A stretch of DNA of 64,000 nt from an uncultured Eubacteriales bacterium. GTDB lineage: Bacteria > Bacillota > Clostridia > UBA1381 > UMGS1253. The translations under genes were made by a program, and so were the position numbers. The notes below the pieces were generated by a model that searched no databases, had not been told where the DNA came from, and saw only the letters and a program-made list of their open reading frames with translations. Shown here piece after piece: positions 1 through 9,069 of this stretch. The stretch lies in contig CABUKE010000003.1 of the NCBI GenBank assembly GCA_902492065.1, forward strand, positions 1,942-65,941, written 5' to 3'. Numbering within the stretch: the first letter of the stretch is position 1; each line of letters starts with the position of its first letter.

Positions 1-664
1 TTTGCTGTGTAATCTTCTTAGTCTTATTGGCCGGACTTGTCGTACTGTTTGAATCCCCTGTACCACCACTGACATAGCCCGTTACAGAACAATTATCCCA
101 ATTATCCGGGTTTGGCACCATAACAAATATAAAATAGATCCATTCATTTTTCTGTGCAATACCGAAATCATCCTTATATGTACCGCCGGTGCGAATCTGC
201 CCATTTGATTCACGCACATAAAGAACATTCTGGAATTTAGAACCTGCCTGCATTTTTAAAATAAATTTACCTGCCGGTACCTCCGGCAAAAGCACACGTC
301 CGCTGAAAGCAACCGGCTCGGTAAACGGTCTATCCGTCGTTTTTGCAATCTGCATAACAGTGCCGCTGTCATCGGCACTGTTGTCATACCACAACTTGCC
401 GACCTTATTGAGCGAGTCCTTCGGATCAGCAGCAATTTCAAAATCTTTTTTGGGCTCGCCAAGTCCTTTTGTGATGTCCCACTCTGTGTTCTCTGCTGTC
501 AGCTGAGTTCCAATGTCACCATAGTTTTCAAAACTATCCGAAAACAAGATATAGTCAGCCGCTGGTTCCTCTGCCAAAACAGGCATCCCCGTTGCCGGGA
601 ACATGCACGTCAACATGCTCAGTGTAAGCATTAGTGACAACCACTTTCTTCCCTGTCTTCTCAT
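1..664 (-). CDS. Secreted protein, N-terminal part only (gene continues past the left edge of the window); signal peptide followed by a LamG/concanavalin-like beta-sandwich-type region
   Basis: Missing from the ORF track because the window edge truncates it. Reverse-strand ATG at 664-662 reads MRRQGRKWLSLMLTLSMLTCMFPATGMPVLAEEPAADYILFSDSFENYGD... and stays open to position 1. The hydrophobic signal peptide ends in VLA-EE. By eye, the following region resembles the N-terminal lectin-like domain of the 18471..22703 protein. Confidence 0.6.
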   Translation of the reverse strand, partial: MRRQGRKWLSLMLTLSMLTCMFPATGMPVLAEEPAADYILFSDSFENYGDIGTQLTAENTEWDITKGLGEPKKDFEIAADPKDSLNKVGKLWYDNSADDSGTVMQIAKTTDRPFTEPVAFSGRVLLPEVPAGKFILKMQAGSKFQNVLYVRESNGQIRTGGTYKDDFGIAQKNEWIYFIFVMVPNPDNWDNCSVTGYVSGGTGDSNSTTSPANKTKKITQQ

Positions 665-829
665 GTCCTTTCCTCCTCTGTACGTTCCATGTTTTTGTGA
701 CAATTGCCACAAAAACATTTCCGTACTCTCCCTATTTTTTATATATCAAATAAATTATACCGCTTTTTTCCTAATCTGTAAATATGAAATAATACGTACA
801 AAATAGGAATATATCGACATGGTTATAAT

Positions 830-868
830 AAAAAAACGCTTGCCGGACATACTCCCGGTCAGAGCGTT
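830..868 (-). terminator. Rho-independent terminator downstream of add
   Basis: Minus strand reads aacgctctgaccgg-gagtatgt-ccggcaagcgtt, an imperfect stem of about 12 bp, followed by T7. Confidence 0.55.
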
Positions 869-891
869 CTTTGTCATTCTCTATTTTTAAT

Positions 892-1884
892 TTATACATA
901 ACATCCGTGGACATAAATCTGCTCGGAAAGTGTCTGCTTTTCTTCTTCCGGCAGAAAGGAAGCATAGATTGCATTGAGTAAAAGCATTTTCTCTTCCTCA
1001 GCCGTCAGCGATATTCCCTGCCGCAAAAGTGCAAGCTCCTTTTTTATCGTCGTCCCTGACACTGTCCGGTTGTCCGTGTTCACTGTCGCAATGACGCCGG
1101 CGTTTAAAAACCGGCGAATCGGATACTCCCGCAGAGAATGCACCGCCCCTGTTTGAATATTGCTCGACGGACATAACTCAAGCGCAATCCCCTGCTCAAT
1201 CACCAGCTCCATCACATCTTCGTCCTCGCACATACGAATCCCGTGCCCAATGCGCCGCGCGCCAAATTCCACCGCTGCGCGCACGCTCTGTGCGCCGTCC
1301 GCTTCCCCTGCATGAATCGTAAAAGGAATGCCAAGCCGTGCCGCCTCCGCGAACAAAGCGCGGTAATCCGCAGTCGGATATTCCCCCTCTGCACCCGCAA
1401 GGTCAACCGCAACAACTCCGCTTCCCAAATATTCTCCGGCAAGGCGGACTGTCTGTTCATTTTCCAATTGATTCTCCGCACCACGCATACAACACAAAAT
1501 CAGTTGTGCGCGCATATGCCTGCTGCGCCCGACACCTTGCTCCACTCCCCGCAGGGCTGCTTCCACTGCTTCCCGCTGGGACATACCGTTTTGTGCATGG
1601 AGCTGCGGTGCAAAGCGAATCTCCGCATAGCGCATCCCCTCCACGTCAAGTCGTTCAATCAAATTTGAAACCGCATATGTAAGCGAAAAGGGAGTCTGCA
1701 ACACGCGAAGCGGCAAATCGAAGCAACGCAGATATCCGGAAAGCCCTTTACCACCTACGGCAGTTATATACGGGCGCAACCCCTTTGCATCCCACGCCGG
1801 CAAGGCGACTCCATCGTGCTGTGCCAGGTATAAAATCGTATCAACATCCAACGACCCATCCAGGTGCAAGTGCAAATCGATCAT
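892..1884 (-). CDS. add: Adenosine deaminase
   Basis: 330-aa ORF. The N-terminal metal-binding motif IDLHLHLDGS and the C-terminal VNTDNRTVSGTT region are typical of adenosine deaminase (amidohydrolase superfamily). Confidence 0.9.
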   Translation of the reverse strand: MIDLHLHLDGSLDVDTILYLAQHDGVALPAWDAKGLRPYITAVGGKGLSGYLRCFDLPLRVLQTPFSLTYAVSNLIERLDVEGMRYAEIRFAPQLHAQNGMSQREAVEAALRGVEQGVGRSRHMRAQLILCCMRGAENQLENEQTVRLAGEYLGSGVVAVDLAGAEGEYPTADYRALFAEAARLGIPFTIHAGEADGAQSVRAAVEFGARRIGHGIRMCEDEDVMELVIEQGIALELCPSSNIQTGAVHSLREYPIRRFLNAGVIATVNTDNRTVSGTTIKKELALLRQGISLTAEEEKMLLLNAIYASFLPEEEKQTLSEQIYVHGCYV

Positions 1885-1900
1885 GTTTCTTCTTCTCCCC

Positions 1901-2734
1901 TTATCCCGCTTCCCCTACAGCCAGCACCGCGTCGTGCAGGAGCCTTTCAAATTGCCCGGATACACGGTCAGCCGTCTGTTTTACTTCTTCATGCGTAAGC
2001 GCCTCCGGAGAAATCCCGGCAGCCATATTGGATATACAGCTAATTGCGCATACCCGCAAACCCGCGTGCCGCGCGGCAATTGCCTCGCATGCCGTACTCA
2101 TCCCAACTGCATCCGCGCCCCAGCGCGCAAACAGCTCAATTTCCGCAGGTGTTTCATACTGTGGACCGGTCGTCTGTAAATAGACACCCTCGTGCAGCAC
2201 AGTCCCCGTCCGTGCTGCAGCCTGTCTTATCATCTCACGGTATTCCCTGTCATATACCTCACTCATATCCGGAAACCTTGTCCCGAGCTGCTCCATATTT
2301 TCTCCAATCAACGGCGACGGTACAAGAGAAGCGATATGGTCGCGGATGAGCATAAAGCTCCCCGGCGATAACGTACGGTTGATTCCTCCTGCCGCATTGG
2401 TGAGAATAACGCTATCCGCACCGAGCAAACGCATCAGCCGCACCGGAAGCACAACCTCCTGCATACTGTATCCTTCATAATAATGCACGCGGCCTTGCAT
2501 GATAGCGACTGGAACAGAATCTACATATCCCAGCAAAAGCCGTCCCTCGTGTCCGCTGACCGTGGAAACCGGAAAGCCTGGCAGCTCCGAATATGCAAAC
2601 GAGCGGCAAATATCGACCTGGCCGGCAAACCCGCCAAGCCCAGAACCGAGCACAACCGCAAGACGCGGCAGAAAATTCGTCTTTTCCCGAATATAGCCCA
2701 AGCACTGCTCCAATGCTTTCCAATTGCCGCTCAT
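1901..2734 (-). CDS. punA: Purine nucleoside phosphorylase (trimeric PNP-I / PunA type)
   Basis: 277-aa ORF with the motifs VVLGSGLG, GMSTACEAI and ISNMAAG, characteristic of inosine/guanosine PNP. It lies 16 nt upstream of add on the same strand. Confidence 0.88.
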   Translation of the reverse strand: MSGNWKALEQCLGYIREKTNFLPRLAVVLGSGLGGFAGQVDICRSFAYSELPGFPVSTVSGHEGRLLLGYVDSVPVAIMQGRVHYYEGYSMQEVVLPVRLMRLLGADSVILTNAAGGINRTLSPGSFMLIRDHIASLVPSPLIGENMEQLGTRFPDMSEVYDREYREMIRQAAARTGTVLHEGVYLQTTGPQYETPAEIELFARWGADAVGMSTACEAIAARHAGLRVCAISCISNMAAGISPEALTHEEVKQTADRVSGQFERLLHDAVLAVGEAG

Positions 2735-2773
2735 TGCGCTTCCTCCTGTTTCTGTGTCGATTTTTGGAGTTTT

Positions 2774-2802
2774 ATTATATCAAACTGTACTTAAAAACAC
2801 AA
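2774..2802 (-). promoter_or_regulatory. Sigma-A-type promoter for punA-add
   Basis: Minus strand reads TTGTGT-17 nt-TATAAT with a TGa extended -10. It sits about 40 nt upstream of the punA RBS (aggagg). Confidence 0.5.
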
Positions 2803-2846
2803 GTGCGTAATTTACAAATTTTCTTTCCTTTTCTATCCAAATCAAA

Positions 2847-2878
2847 ATAAAAAAGCTTCCGCTTACCCGCGGAAGCTT
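2847..2878 (-). terminator. Rho-independent terminator after asp23 (end of the spoIIIA-asp23 transcription unit)
   Basis: Perfect 10-bp stem aagcttccgc/gcggaagctt with a 6-nt loop, followed on the minus strand by a T-run. Confidence 0.8.
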
Positions 2879-2884
2879 CTAATT

Positions 2885-3418
2885 TTATTTGTCGTCCTCG
2901 CTGTCTGGTTCCTTTTTCTGTTCTTCCGCTTCCTTTTCCTCCACTACTTTCGGCGGGCGCGTTTCCTTTTTCGGCTCACGCTCAATCACAACGCCCTCGA
3001 TATAAATGTTCACCTTATCTACCTTGAGGCCCGTCATAGATTCAACTGCTTTCTTTACTTTTTCTTGAATCTCCCACGCAACCTCCGGCACCTTTGCGCC
3101 GTATACGACTGTAATATGCAAGTCAATCTCAACTGTATCGCCGTCAATCATGACTTTGACGCCTTTACCCATGTTCTTTTTGCCCAAAATCTCTGCAATA
3201 CCGCCCGCCAGCGTGCCCGACATGGACGAAACGCCCTTAACCTCTGCGGTTGCAACTCCAGCAATGACCGCTACGACCTCGTCCGATATGGTAACGCTGC
3301 CAACATCGTTTTCATTTTCCGGTTCCTGCTTGTTATTCAATATCTCATCCATGCCAATTGGCTCCTTTCCTGTCACGGCTCTGCCGTCTGGTTCTTTCTT
3401 TTGTATATAGTATACCAT
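2885..3418 (-). CDS. Asp23/Gls24 family envelope stress (alkaline shock) protein
   Basis: VTISDEVVAVIAGVATAEVKGV... core typical of the Asp23 family, with an acidic Lys/Glu-rich tail. It starts 5 nt after spoIIIAH. Confidence 0.85.
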   Translation of the reverse strand: MVYYIQKKEPDGRAVTGKEPIGMDEILNNKQEPENENDVGSVTISDEVVAVIAGVATAEVKGVSSMSGTLAGGIAEILGKKNMGKGVKVMIDGDTVEIDLHITVVYGAKVPEVAWEIQEKVKKAVESMTGLKVDKVNIYIEGVVIEREPKKETRPPKVVEEKEAEEQKKEPDSEDDK

Positions 3419-3423
3419 AAAGC

Positions 3424-4026
3424 TTATTTTACTTCAACTATTTTTATATTTTTTATCGAGATTCCCGTCTGGGACGAAACAATTTCCTGTATTTTTGCAA
3501 GGTCGCTGCTCGACAGCCCCTCCGACTTCACTGTTACGCTTACGGTTTCCCCATTTACGAAAACAACACACTCCTCAAAGCCCTTTGCCTTGATCAAATT
3601 CTCGCACGACGCTTCCTTGTCGGTCACAGCCGCAAGCGCAAGCATATCCTCCTGTGCCTTCTGCTTGCTTTCTGCATCCACGTTGGCGTTGTTGAGCATC
3701 TCGTTAAGCATTTCCATTGACTTGCTCCGCGCACTTTCCTTGTTCATGCGCGCTTCGGCAAAGTAGTTGGCGTCTGTGGTTTCGGCTGCATTCGAGTTAA
3801 CATACTGCGCTTCTCCCATCTTGCGCGCGGTTTCATCGGCCTGCTGTCCGTCCGGCGAGGCACTCGGCTGCGGAGACGGCGATGCAGAAGCCTGCGCCGA
3901 GGTCAGGGCCGCGTTCGGGTCATCGACTGGCGGCTGCGAGTAATTGAAATTGATAAATGCCGCGACCAAAATGAGCAAAATCAGCGACCCAATCAAGACC
4001 TCTTTTCGTTTTAAAATCATCATCAT
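3424..4026 (-). CDS. spoIIIAH: Stage III sporulation protein AH
   Basis: Last gene of the spoIIIA operon. N-terminal TM anchor, low-complexity linker, and a C-terminal ring-building-motif-like region (...VFVNGETVSVTVKSEGLSSSDLAKIQEIV...). Confidence 0.8.
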   Translation of the reverse strand: MMMILKRKEVLIGSLILLILVAAFINFNYSQPPVDDPNAALTSAQASASPSPQPSASPDGQQADETARKMGEAQYVNSNAAETTDANYFAEARMNKESARSKSMEMLNEMLNNANVDAESKQKAQEDMLALAAVTDKEASCENLIKAKGFEECVVFVNGETVSVTVKSEGLSSSDLAKIQEIVSSQTGISIKNIKIVEVK

Positions 4027-4082
4027 GTTTTACTCCTCCTTATTATTAAAAAAATATCTTTTTTCTATACAAGCGCCAACTG

Positions 4083-4628
4083 CTATTTTCTTGCAAAAAC
4101 GCTGATTTTGTGGTCTGCAACGTCTAAGACTGCGCGGACTGCACTTGTGATATCTTGCTTAACCTGCGCGGAACGCGCACCGTCGCATACGACAATCACC
4201 CCCTGGACTTTTGGATAGTTTTCTTTTGTCAGCACAGGCTCATTCGACGGCGTAACCAGCTTTGTGCTCTGCTTGGCCGATTCCTGCTCGCGCGACTTTT
4301 CCTGTCCGGCGCCGTCGCTGCTGTTTGAGTTCTCGCTCGTTACGTCTGTGGCATAATACCTTTCGCCCGTTCCCTCGTAGGTAATCATCACGCTAACTTC
4401 TCCCGCACCCGCAATCTGGGACAAGATTTTCTCCAGCTCGGTTTGCAGCTCTTTTCCGACTGCGGTGCTGACCTGCGCCGGGTCCTCCTGCTTTGCCGTC
4501 TTAGCTCCATCTTTAGCAAAAAAGGAACTGGTAAAGAAGAGGATTGCGACTCCTATAATTAATATTATGTAAATGCCCTGCATATGCTTGTTTTTCCCAA
4601 AAAGCTGTTTAATTTTTTCAAATCCCAC
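4083..4628 (-). CDS. spoIIIAG: Stage III sporulation protein AG
   Basis: Operon position, single N-terminal TM, and the conserved C-terminus ...PKVQGVIVVCDGARSAQVKQDITSAVRAVLDV. Confidence 0.8.
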   Translation of the reverse strand: MGFEKIKQLFGKNKHMQGIYIILIIGVAILFFTSSFFAKDGAKTAKQEDPAQVSTAVGKELQTELEKILSQIAGAGEVSVMITYEGTGERYYATDVTSENSNSSDGAGQEKSREQESAKQSTKLVTPSNEPVLTKENYPKVQGVIVVCDGARSAQVKQDITSAVRAVLDVADHKISVFARK

Positions 4629-4649
4629 CTGTGCCGCCTCCTATGTGCT

Positions 4650-5129
4650 CTATTCTATATGTACCGCTTCAGCAGGAATCCCAAACTGGGAAGAAACATC
4701 CCGCCGGACTGCCGCCATATCCGCAGTGCCGTACATACGAATATATATGCCGTCGATTCCTGCGGCTGTGCCGTCCTCGCCCACTGTGAGCATGGCCTCT
4801 GCATCGCACTCCATACCGTAAACCGACTGTACATATTCCCGGACGCTCTGCTCCAAATTTATCCGAAAGTTGTCCGTAATTTTTTCGTTATACAACATCG
4901 CGGCGTTCTCCTTGGTGAGCGCATCTGAGGTATCCGCGCTTACGATTTCGTCAAAGTCGAGCTGTGGTATGCCGGTAAACGAACCTATCAATGTAATCGT
5001 CACAAGAACGCCAATGATAAAATTCACATACTTTTCCAGCGCAGAACGCGGCATCAACGCGCGCAGAATAAAGCTCAGCAATATGACACCGACCACCGTA
5101 ATTGTAAAGGAACTGATATATTCCGCCAT
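4650..5129 (-). CDS. spoIIIAF: Stage III sporulation protein AF
   Basis: Operon position between AE and AG. Two N-terminal TM helices followed by a soluble domain. Confidence 0.75.
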   Translation of the reverse strand: MAEYISSFTITVVGVILLSFILRALMPRSALEKYVNFIIGVLVTITLIGSFTGIPQLDFDEIVSADTSDALTKENAAMLYNEKITDNFRINLEQSVREYVQSVYGMECDAEAMLTVGEDGTAAGIDGIYIRMYGTADMAAVRRDVSSQFGIPAEAVHIE

Positions 5130-5143
5130 ACTTTACCTCCATC

Positions 5144-6307
5144 TTATCCTGCCGCCGGGGAACCAATGCACATCACCATGCCAATGCAAATCAGAAACAG
5201 CAGAGCGACGGTGATTACAATTGCCGCCATGAGCGAGGTCACAGACGCGACGTTCGACATAACATTTGCAATCCGCTTGTCCGCGATCGGCTCAATGACG
5301 GCCGCACTAATGTGAAAGACCGCGCACACGGCCAGCAGCCGCAGCACCGGCGCAGTCCCAATAATCAGTACGGCAATCATTCCTGCCGCGCCCGTTGCAT
5401 TTTTTACCACCAGAGAGCAGCCGGCTACCGTCTCCACCGTATCGGAGAGGATACTTCCCACAACCGGAACCGCTGTCCCTACAACATATTTGGCCGCTTT
5501 CGCCGCTGCGCCGTCCATTGGCACGCTGCAAAACCCCTGTATGGCCAGTATGCCGGCAAAGACGGTCAAAATCAGACAGAGCGCCCATTTGACCGTCTTT
5601 TTTAAAAAGTCGGCAAACCTGACAACCCGGATCGTTTCGTTGATTTCACTTACGAGATAGAGTGCAGCACTGCTGTAGAGAAGCGGCATCAACAGCCGTT
5701 CTACAACTGTAGCGGCAAGCTGCGCCGCAAGTAGGATGATTGGGTTGACTGCCGCCGCGCTTACAATGCCGCCGCTTGTAACAAGCATAGTCATCAGCAC
5801 GGGCGCAAGCGCGTTGATAAAGACGGACGCGGATTTAACCGTGCTGGTTACAAGCCGTGCTGCACTGCCAAACGCCTGTACAATCAATGCCGCCAAAATC
5901 AGATAGCAGACAAAAAACGCAATTTCGCTCACTGTTTCCTGATGAAAGCTGCTTTTCATATTGTTAAGCAGGGAAAACAAAACGGAGATCGCAATGACGC
6001 TCAACAAAAGCGCCATACACTCGAACCCCTCTCCAAACAATCCCTGCACAATCAGCCGGAGAATGCTTCTTGCATCCAGAACCTCCTGCCCAGTCGCAAG
6101 TGCGAGCACCGTGTCCGAAAAGCTTGCCCCATTGGTATAATAGTCCTCTGCTTCCCCGGTATAACCGTCGAGCGCGTCAAGGCCGTAGCTTTCGACTTCT
6201 GTCTCCACATCGTAGACCGCCGCACCGCTGTCCAGCTCCGTACCAAAAGCGGCCGTGCATGGCAGCATTAAAAAGAGGCACAAAACCACCCATAAAAATT
6301 TTTTCAT
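5144..6307 (-). CDS. spoIIIAE: Stage III sporulation protein AE
   Basis: 387-aa polytopic membrane protein with an N-terminal signal-like segment. Size and operon position match SpoIIIAE. Confidence 0.9.
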   Translation of the reverse strand: MKKFLWVVLCLFLMLPCTAAFGTELDSGAAVYDVETEVESYGLDALDGYTGEAEDYYTNGASFSDTVLALATGQEVLDARSILRLIVQGLFGEGFECMALLLSVIAISVLFSLLNNMKSSFHQETVSEIAFFVCYLILAALIVQAFGSAARLVTSTVKSASVFINALAPVLMTMLVTSGGIVSAAAVNPIILLAAQLAATVVERLLMPLLYSSAALYLVSEINETIRVVRFADFLKKTVKWALCLILTVFAGILAIQGFCSVPMDGAAAKAAKYVVGTAVPVVGSILSDTVETVAGCSLVVKNATGAAGMIAVLIIGTAPVLRLLAVCAVFHISAAVIEPIADKRIANVMSNVASVTSLMAAIVITVALLFLICIGMVMCIGSPAAG

Positions 6308-6320
6308 CAGTAAGACCCCT

Positions 6321-6707
6321 TTACGGCAAGATTGAAACGACCAGCGACAGCAGCGCCTCTACCACCGGAAGCGAGTAGAGCAGAATCAAAATCTTTGCAC
6401 ACAGCTCGATCTTGGAGGCGATGGCAGCCTGTCCGCTGTCACGACATAAATCCGAAGCAAACTGGCAGATGTATGCGATTGCAATGATTCTGACAACGGT
6501 GCCGATATACGCCGTATTGATATGATATGTATTGGCGATTGCAAAAACGCGGTCGAGCGCGCTTTGCAGGGCGGAAAAACCGAAAAACAAAATCAGAATC
6601 CCGGTTGCAAGCGCAAGCGCCGCCGCTATTTCGGGCTTGTATTGTTTTACCGTGATAGTCAGGATTGTGCCAATAATCCCGATTACCACGACCTGTATAA
6701 TATCCAT
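6321..6707 (-). CDS. spoIIIAD: Stage III sporulation protein AD
   Basis: 128-aa protein with four TM helices. Size and order match SpoIIIAD. Confidence 0.88.
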   Translation of the reverse strand: MDIIQVVVIGIIGTILTITVKQYKPEIAAALALATGILILFFGFSALQSALDRVFAIANTYHINTAYIGTVVRIIAIAYICQFASDLCRDSGQAAIASKIELCAKILILLYSLPVVEALLSLVVSILP

Positions 6708-6716
6708 GACGTTCCC

Positions 6717-6911
6717 CTACAGACTGAACACGCTTTTGATGGTATCAAATAACGTGTTGATTTGCCCGATAATCATAAACAGTACGACAATCAGTCCGGC
6801 CAGCGTCGTCAGCATGGCCTGCTCCTCCCTGCCGGAACGGATTAGAACCTGGTTGAGCACGGCAACAATAATGCCGATTGCAGCTATCTGAAAAATCAAG
6901 TCAACTCCCAT
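6717..6911 (-). CDS. spoIIIAC: Stage III sporulation protein AC
   Basis: 64-aa protein with two TM helices (MGVDLIFQIAAIGIIVAVLNQVLIRSGREEQA...), typical of SpoIIIAC. Confidence 0.88.
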   Translation of the reverse strand: MGVDLIFQIAAIGIIVAVLNQVLIRSGREEQAMLTTLAGLIVVLFMIIGQINTLFDTIKSVFSL

Positions 6912-6923
6912 ATCTTTTGCCCC

Positions 6924-7436
6924 CTAAATCAAAAGTACGGCAATCAATGCGCCGCAAAGCACCCCCGCGCTTTGATACACCCTTTTGTTCGTGTCGCATG
7001 TATTTTTTGCGTTTGCAATCAGCATGTTCAGGCTGACGGTCGTATTGTAGATATTCTTTAATTCGTTTTCTACGTCCGACTTGCCGAGCCGGGCCGCAAA
7101 CGAACGCAATGTCTGGATATCCTCATCCGTCAGGCAGAGCGTCTGCCGTCGGTGTGTGAGTTCTTGTTCCCATGCCTGTTCTGTGCTACACCCTTTGGCT
7201 AGACGCTTTTCTACATCGAGAAAAAACGTACCTACAGGCTTTGAAATTGTATGTCCTATATTGAAAAACGCTCTCGCCAGCGAATTTTGTGCAAAACCAA
7301 TCTCGCTTTCCAGCAAAGATAGCGCGTCCTTGAACGAAATTAGGGTGTTTTTTCGCCGCTCAAGCCGGGCCGCCAACAGAAAGCCGATTTTCGTCGTCGC
7401 TCCGACGATAAGAATAATCCCAATTATTTTCAGCAT
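6924..7436 (-). CDS. spoIIIAB: Stage III sporulation protein AB
   Basis: 170 aa, with an N-terminal TM helix and a C-terminal hydrophobic segment around a helical domain. It overlaps the end of spoIIIAA by 7 nt. Confidence 0.85.
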   Translation of the reverse strand: MLKIIGIILIVGATTKIGFLLAARLERRKNTLISFKDALSLLESEIGFAQNSLARAFFNIGHTISKPVGTFFLDVEKRLAKGCSTEQAWEQELTHRRQTLCLTDEDIQTLRSFAARLGKSDVENELKNIYNTTVSLNMLIANAKNTCDTNKRVYQSAGVLCGALIAVLLI

Positions 7437-8401
7437 ATCTTTTTATCCTCTCTGCCATACGTACACAATCTGTCATAGGTACACACTTCCTCCACCGTTC
7501 CGCTTCCGCTGCGCTTGCTAAGCGTAACAAATATGTCAAACAGCGCGCACAGCTCCTGCCCGCCGCTCCGGTACAGGGCGGCGGCGCTGTGGGCATGTAT
7601 GCTCGCGATGACGCATACGCCACACCGCAGAGCGGAACGAATCGCCTCGATATCCTTCCCGCTTCCAATTTCATCCGTGACTATGGCCTGCGGTGACATG
7701 CTCCGCACCGCCATCATCATGCCCGCCGCCTTTGGACAGGCGTCGAGCACATCGGTGCGCACGCCCACATCATAGCCGCATATGCCGCCCGCCATAGCGG
7801 CAAGCTCGCTGCGCTCGTCGATAATGACACTTTTATAACCGCGTGCGGAAATCTGGCGTACCAGGTCGCGCAGGAGAGTCGTTTTCCCACATCCCGGCGG
7901 CGACACGATTAATGTGCTATGGAGCTTACCGCCGTGCAGCACGCTATCTATGACCTTGTCCGACGCACCGTACACCTGCCGCGCAAAACGGTAATTCATT
8001 CCGGAAATTTCTTTTAGAGAGCGAATTTCACCATTTTCAAGCACTGCGCTCCCCACAACGCCAATCCGGTTCCCGCCATTTACGGTCACGTATCCGTGCC
8101 GGAGCTGTTCCTGGCAGGCGTAGACGCTCCCGCCGCAGGCCAGTATAAGTGAACGCTCGAGGTCGGCTTCCGTCACAACATAGCCCGCGCCCTCCTGCTG
8201 GCAAAGCCGTCCTCCGGGCGTGATAAACTGCTGCTGTATGCCAAAGTCGAGCAGCAGAGGCCGCCCCTTTCGCAGACGTACCTCTTCAAGTGCGGTAAGG
8301 TCAACATGGCGCAACAGTTCCTGGATGCGTTCACTCATACAAGATAAAAGCGGACTTGTGTTATGTAGCTGTGCCGATGCAGCAATGTACATCTCTATCA
8401 C
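7430..8401 (-). CDS. spoIIIAA: Stage III sporulation protein AA (secretion-type ATPase)
   Basis: 323 aa with Walker A SPPGCGKTTLLRD. First gene of the operon. Confidence 0.9.
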   Translation of the reverse strand: MIEMYIAASAQLHNTSPLLSCMSERIQELLRHVDLTALEEVRLRKGRPLLLDFGIQQQFITPGGRLCQQEGAGYVVTEADLERSLILACGGSVYACQEQLRHGYVTVNGGNRIGVVGSAVLENGEIRSLKEISGMNYRFARQVYGASDKVIDSVLHGGKLHSTLIVSPPGCGKTTLLRDLVRQISARGYKSVIIDERSELAAMAGGICGYDVGVRTDVLDACPKAAGMMMAVRSMSPQAIVTDEIGSGKDIEAIRSALRCGVCVIASIHAHSAAALYRSGGQELCALFDIFVTLSKRSGSGTVEEVCTYDRLCTYGREDKKIC

Positions 8402-8460
8402 CTTTTCTTTCCGGAAGGCACGCCATTCCTGCTTGCCTGTCCTTTTGCTTTTGTTACTTC

Positions 8461-8489
8461 ATTGTATGTTTGTCCATTTTACATTATGA
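8461..8489 (-). promoter_or_regulatory. Sigma-E-type (mother-cell) promoter of the spoIIIA operon
   Basis: Minus strand reads TCATAAT-14 nt-CATACAAT. This matches the B. subtilis sigma-E consensus as I recall it (kmATATT-14-CATACAnT) and sits about 60 nt upstream of spoIIIAA. Confidence 0.55.
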
Positions 8490-8510
8490 CTAAATTATGT
8501 AAATGAACAG

Positions 8511-8545
8511 AAAAAAGACGTTGCCCGTAAGCAACGTCTTTTTTC
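8511..8545 (-). terminator. Rho-independent terminator after the 8552..9052 gene (A-run/T-run flanked, so potentially bidirectional)
   Basis: Stem gacgttgc/gcaacgtc with a 6-nt loop, flanked by A6 and T6. Confidence 0.75.
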
Positions 8546-8551
8546 TGTTTT

Positions 8552-9052
8552 TTATTCTATTTTTTCAACAGGGACGGCAAGCCGCGCGCCAACAGCGGCC
8601 GCTGCACCAAAATTAAACACAGGCGCTCTGTCATACGCATACCGGTATCCATACCGTTGCGCATCATAACGCCGGAGAGCCGCAAAAGCGTCACTGATTG
8701 CCATGCCGAAGTCCTCTTCCCGCTCGAATGGCTCTGTTTGGAAATATAACATCATACAGGCGGGAAGCTGAACAGTTCGATATCCATCCGGGATTACCTC
8801 TGCACCGTTTAGGGGCAATTCAATTCCGGCGGCAATGCTAGACTCTCCTTCTTCCACAAGGCCAGGCGGAAGCGTAAGCAGCGCCGCAGTGTCCATTTTT
8901 GCCGGGAAGGCGTTCAACACTTTTTCCCATTCACAGCCCATTTCTTCACAAAACGAGAAGTAGTCCGATGCGTGATGTGAAAGCAAGTACACCAGCCGCC
9001 GTGCAGGACGCTGCAACGCCGTGACCGTGCATATTCTCAGGTTTTCCCGCAT
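8552..9052 (-). CDS. Hypothetical cytoplasmic protein, possibly a GyrI-like / AraC-effector-binding-type small-molecule-binding fold
   Basis: 166-aa ORF, 17 nt downstream of the large lyase-like gene. It has no signal peptide. The fold guess rests only on size and sequence style. Confidence 0.35.
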   Translation of the reverse strand: MRENLRICTVTALQRPARRLVYLLSHHASDYFSFCEEMGCEWEKVLNAFPAKMDTAALLTLPPGLVEEGESSIAAGIELPLNGAEVIPDGYRTVQLPACMMLYFQTEPFEREEDFGMAISDAFAALRRYDAQRYGYRYAYDRAPVFNFGAAAAVGARLAVPVEKIE

Positions 9053-9069
9053 AACACTCCCCTTTTCGT

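Noticed and set aside
603-974. Two small ORFs (603..806 on the plus strand, 771..974 on the minus strand) in the AT-rich region between the truncated secreted gene and add
   Set aside because: The first overlaps the true N-terminus of the minus-strand secreted protein. The second overlaps the 3' end and terminator of add. Neither has an RBS or recognisable features.
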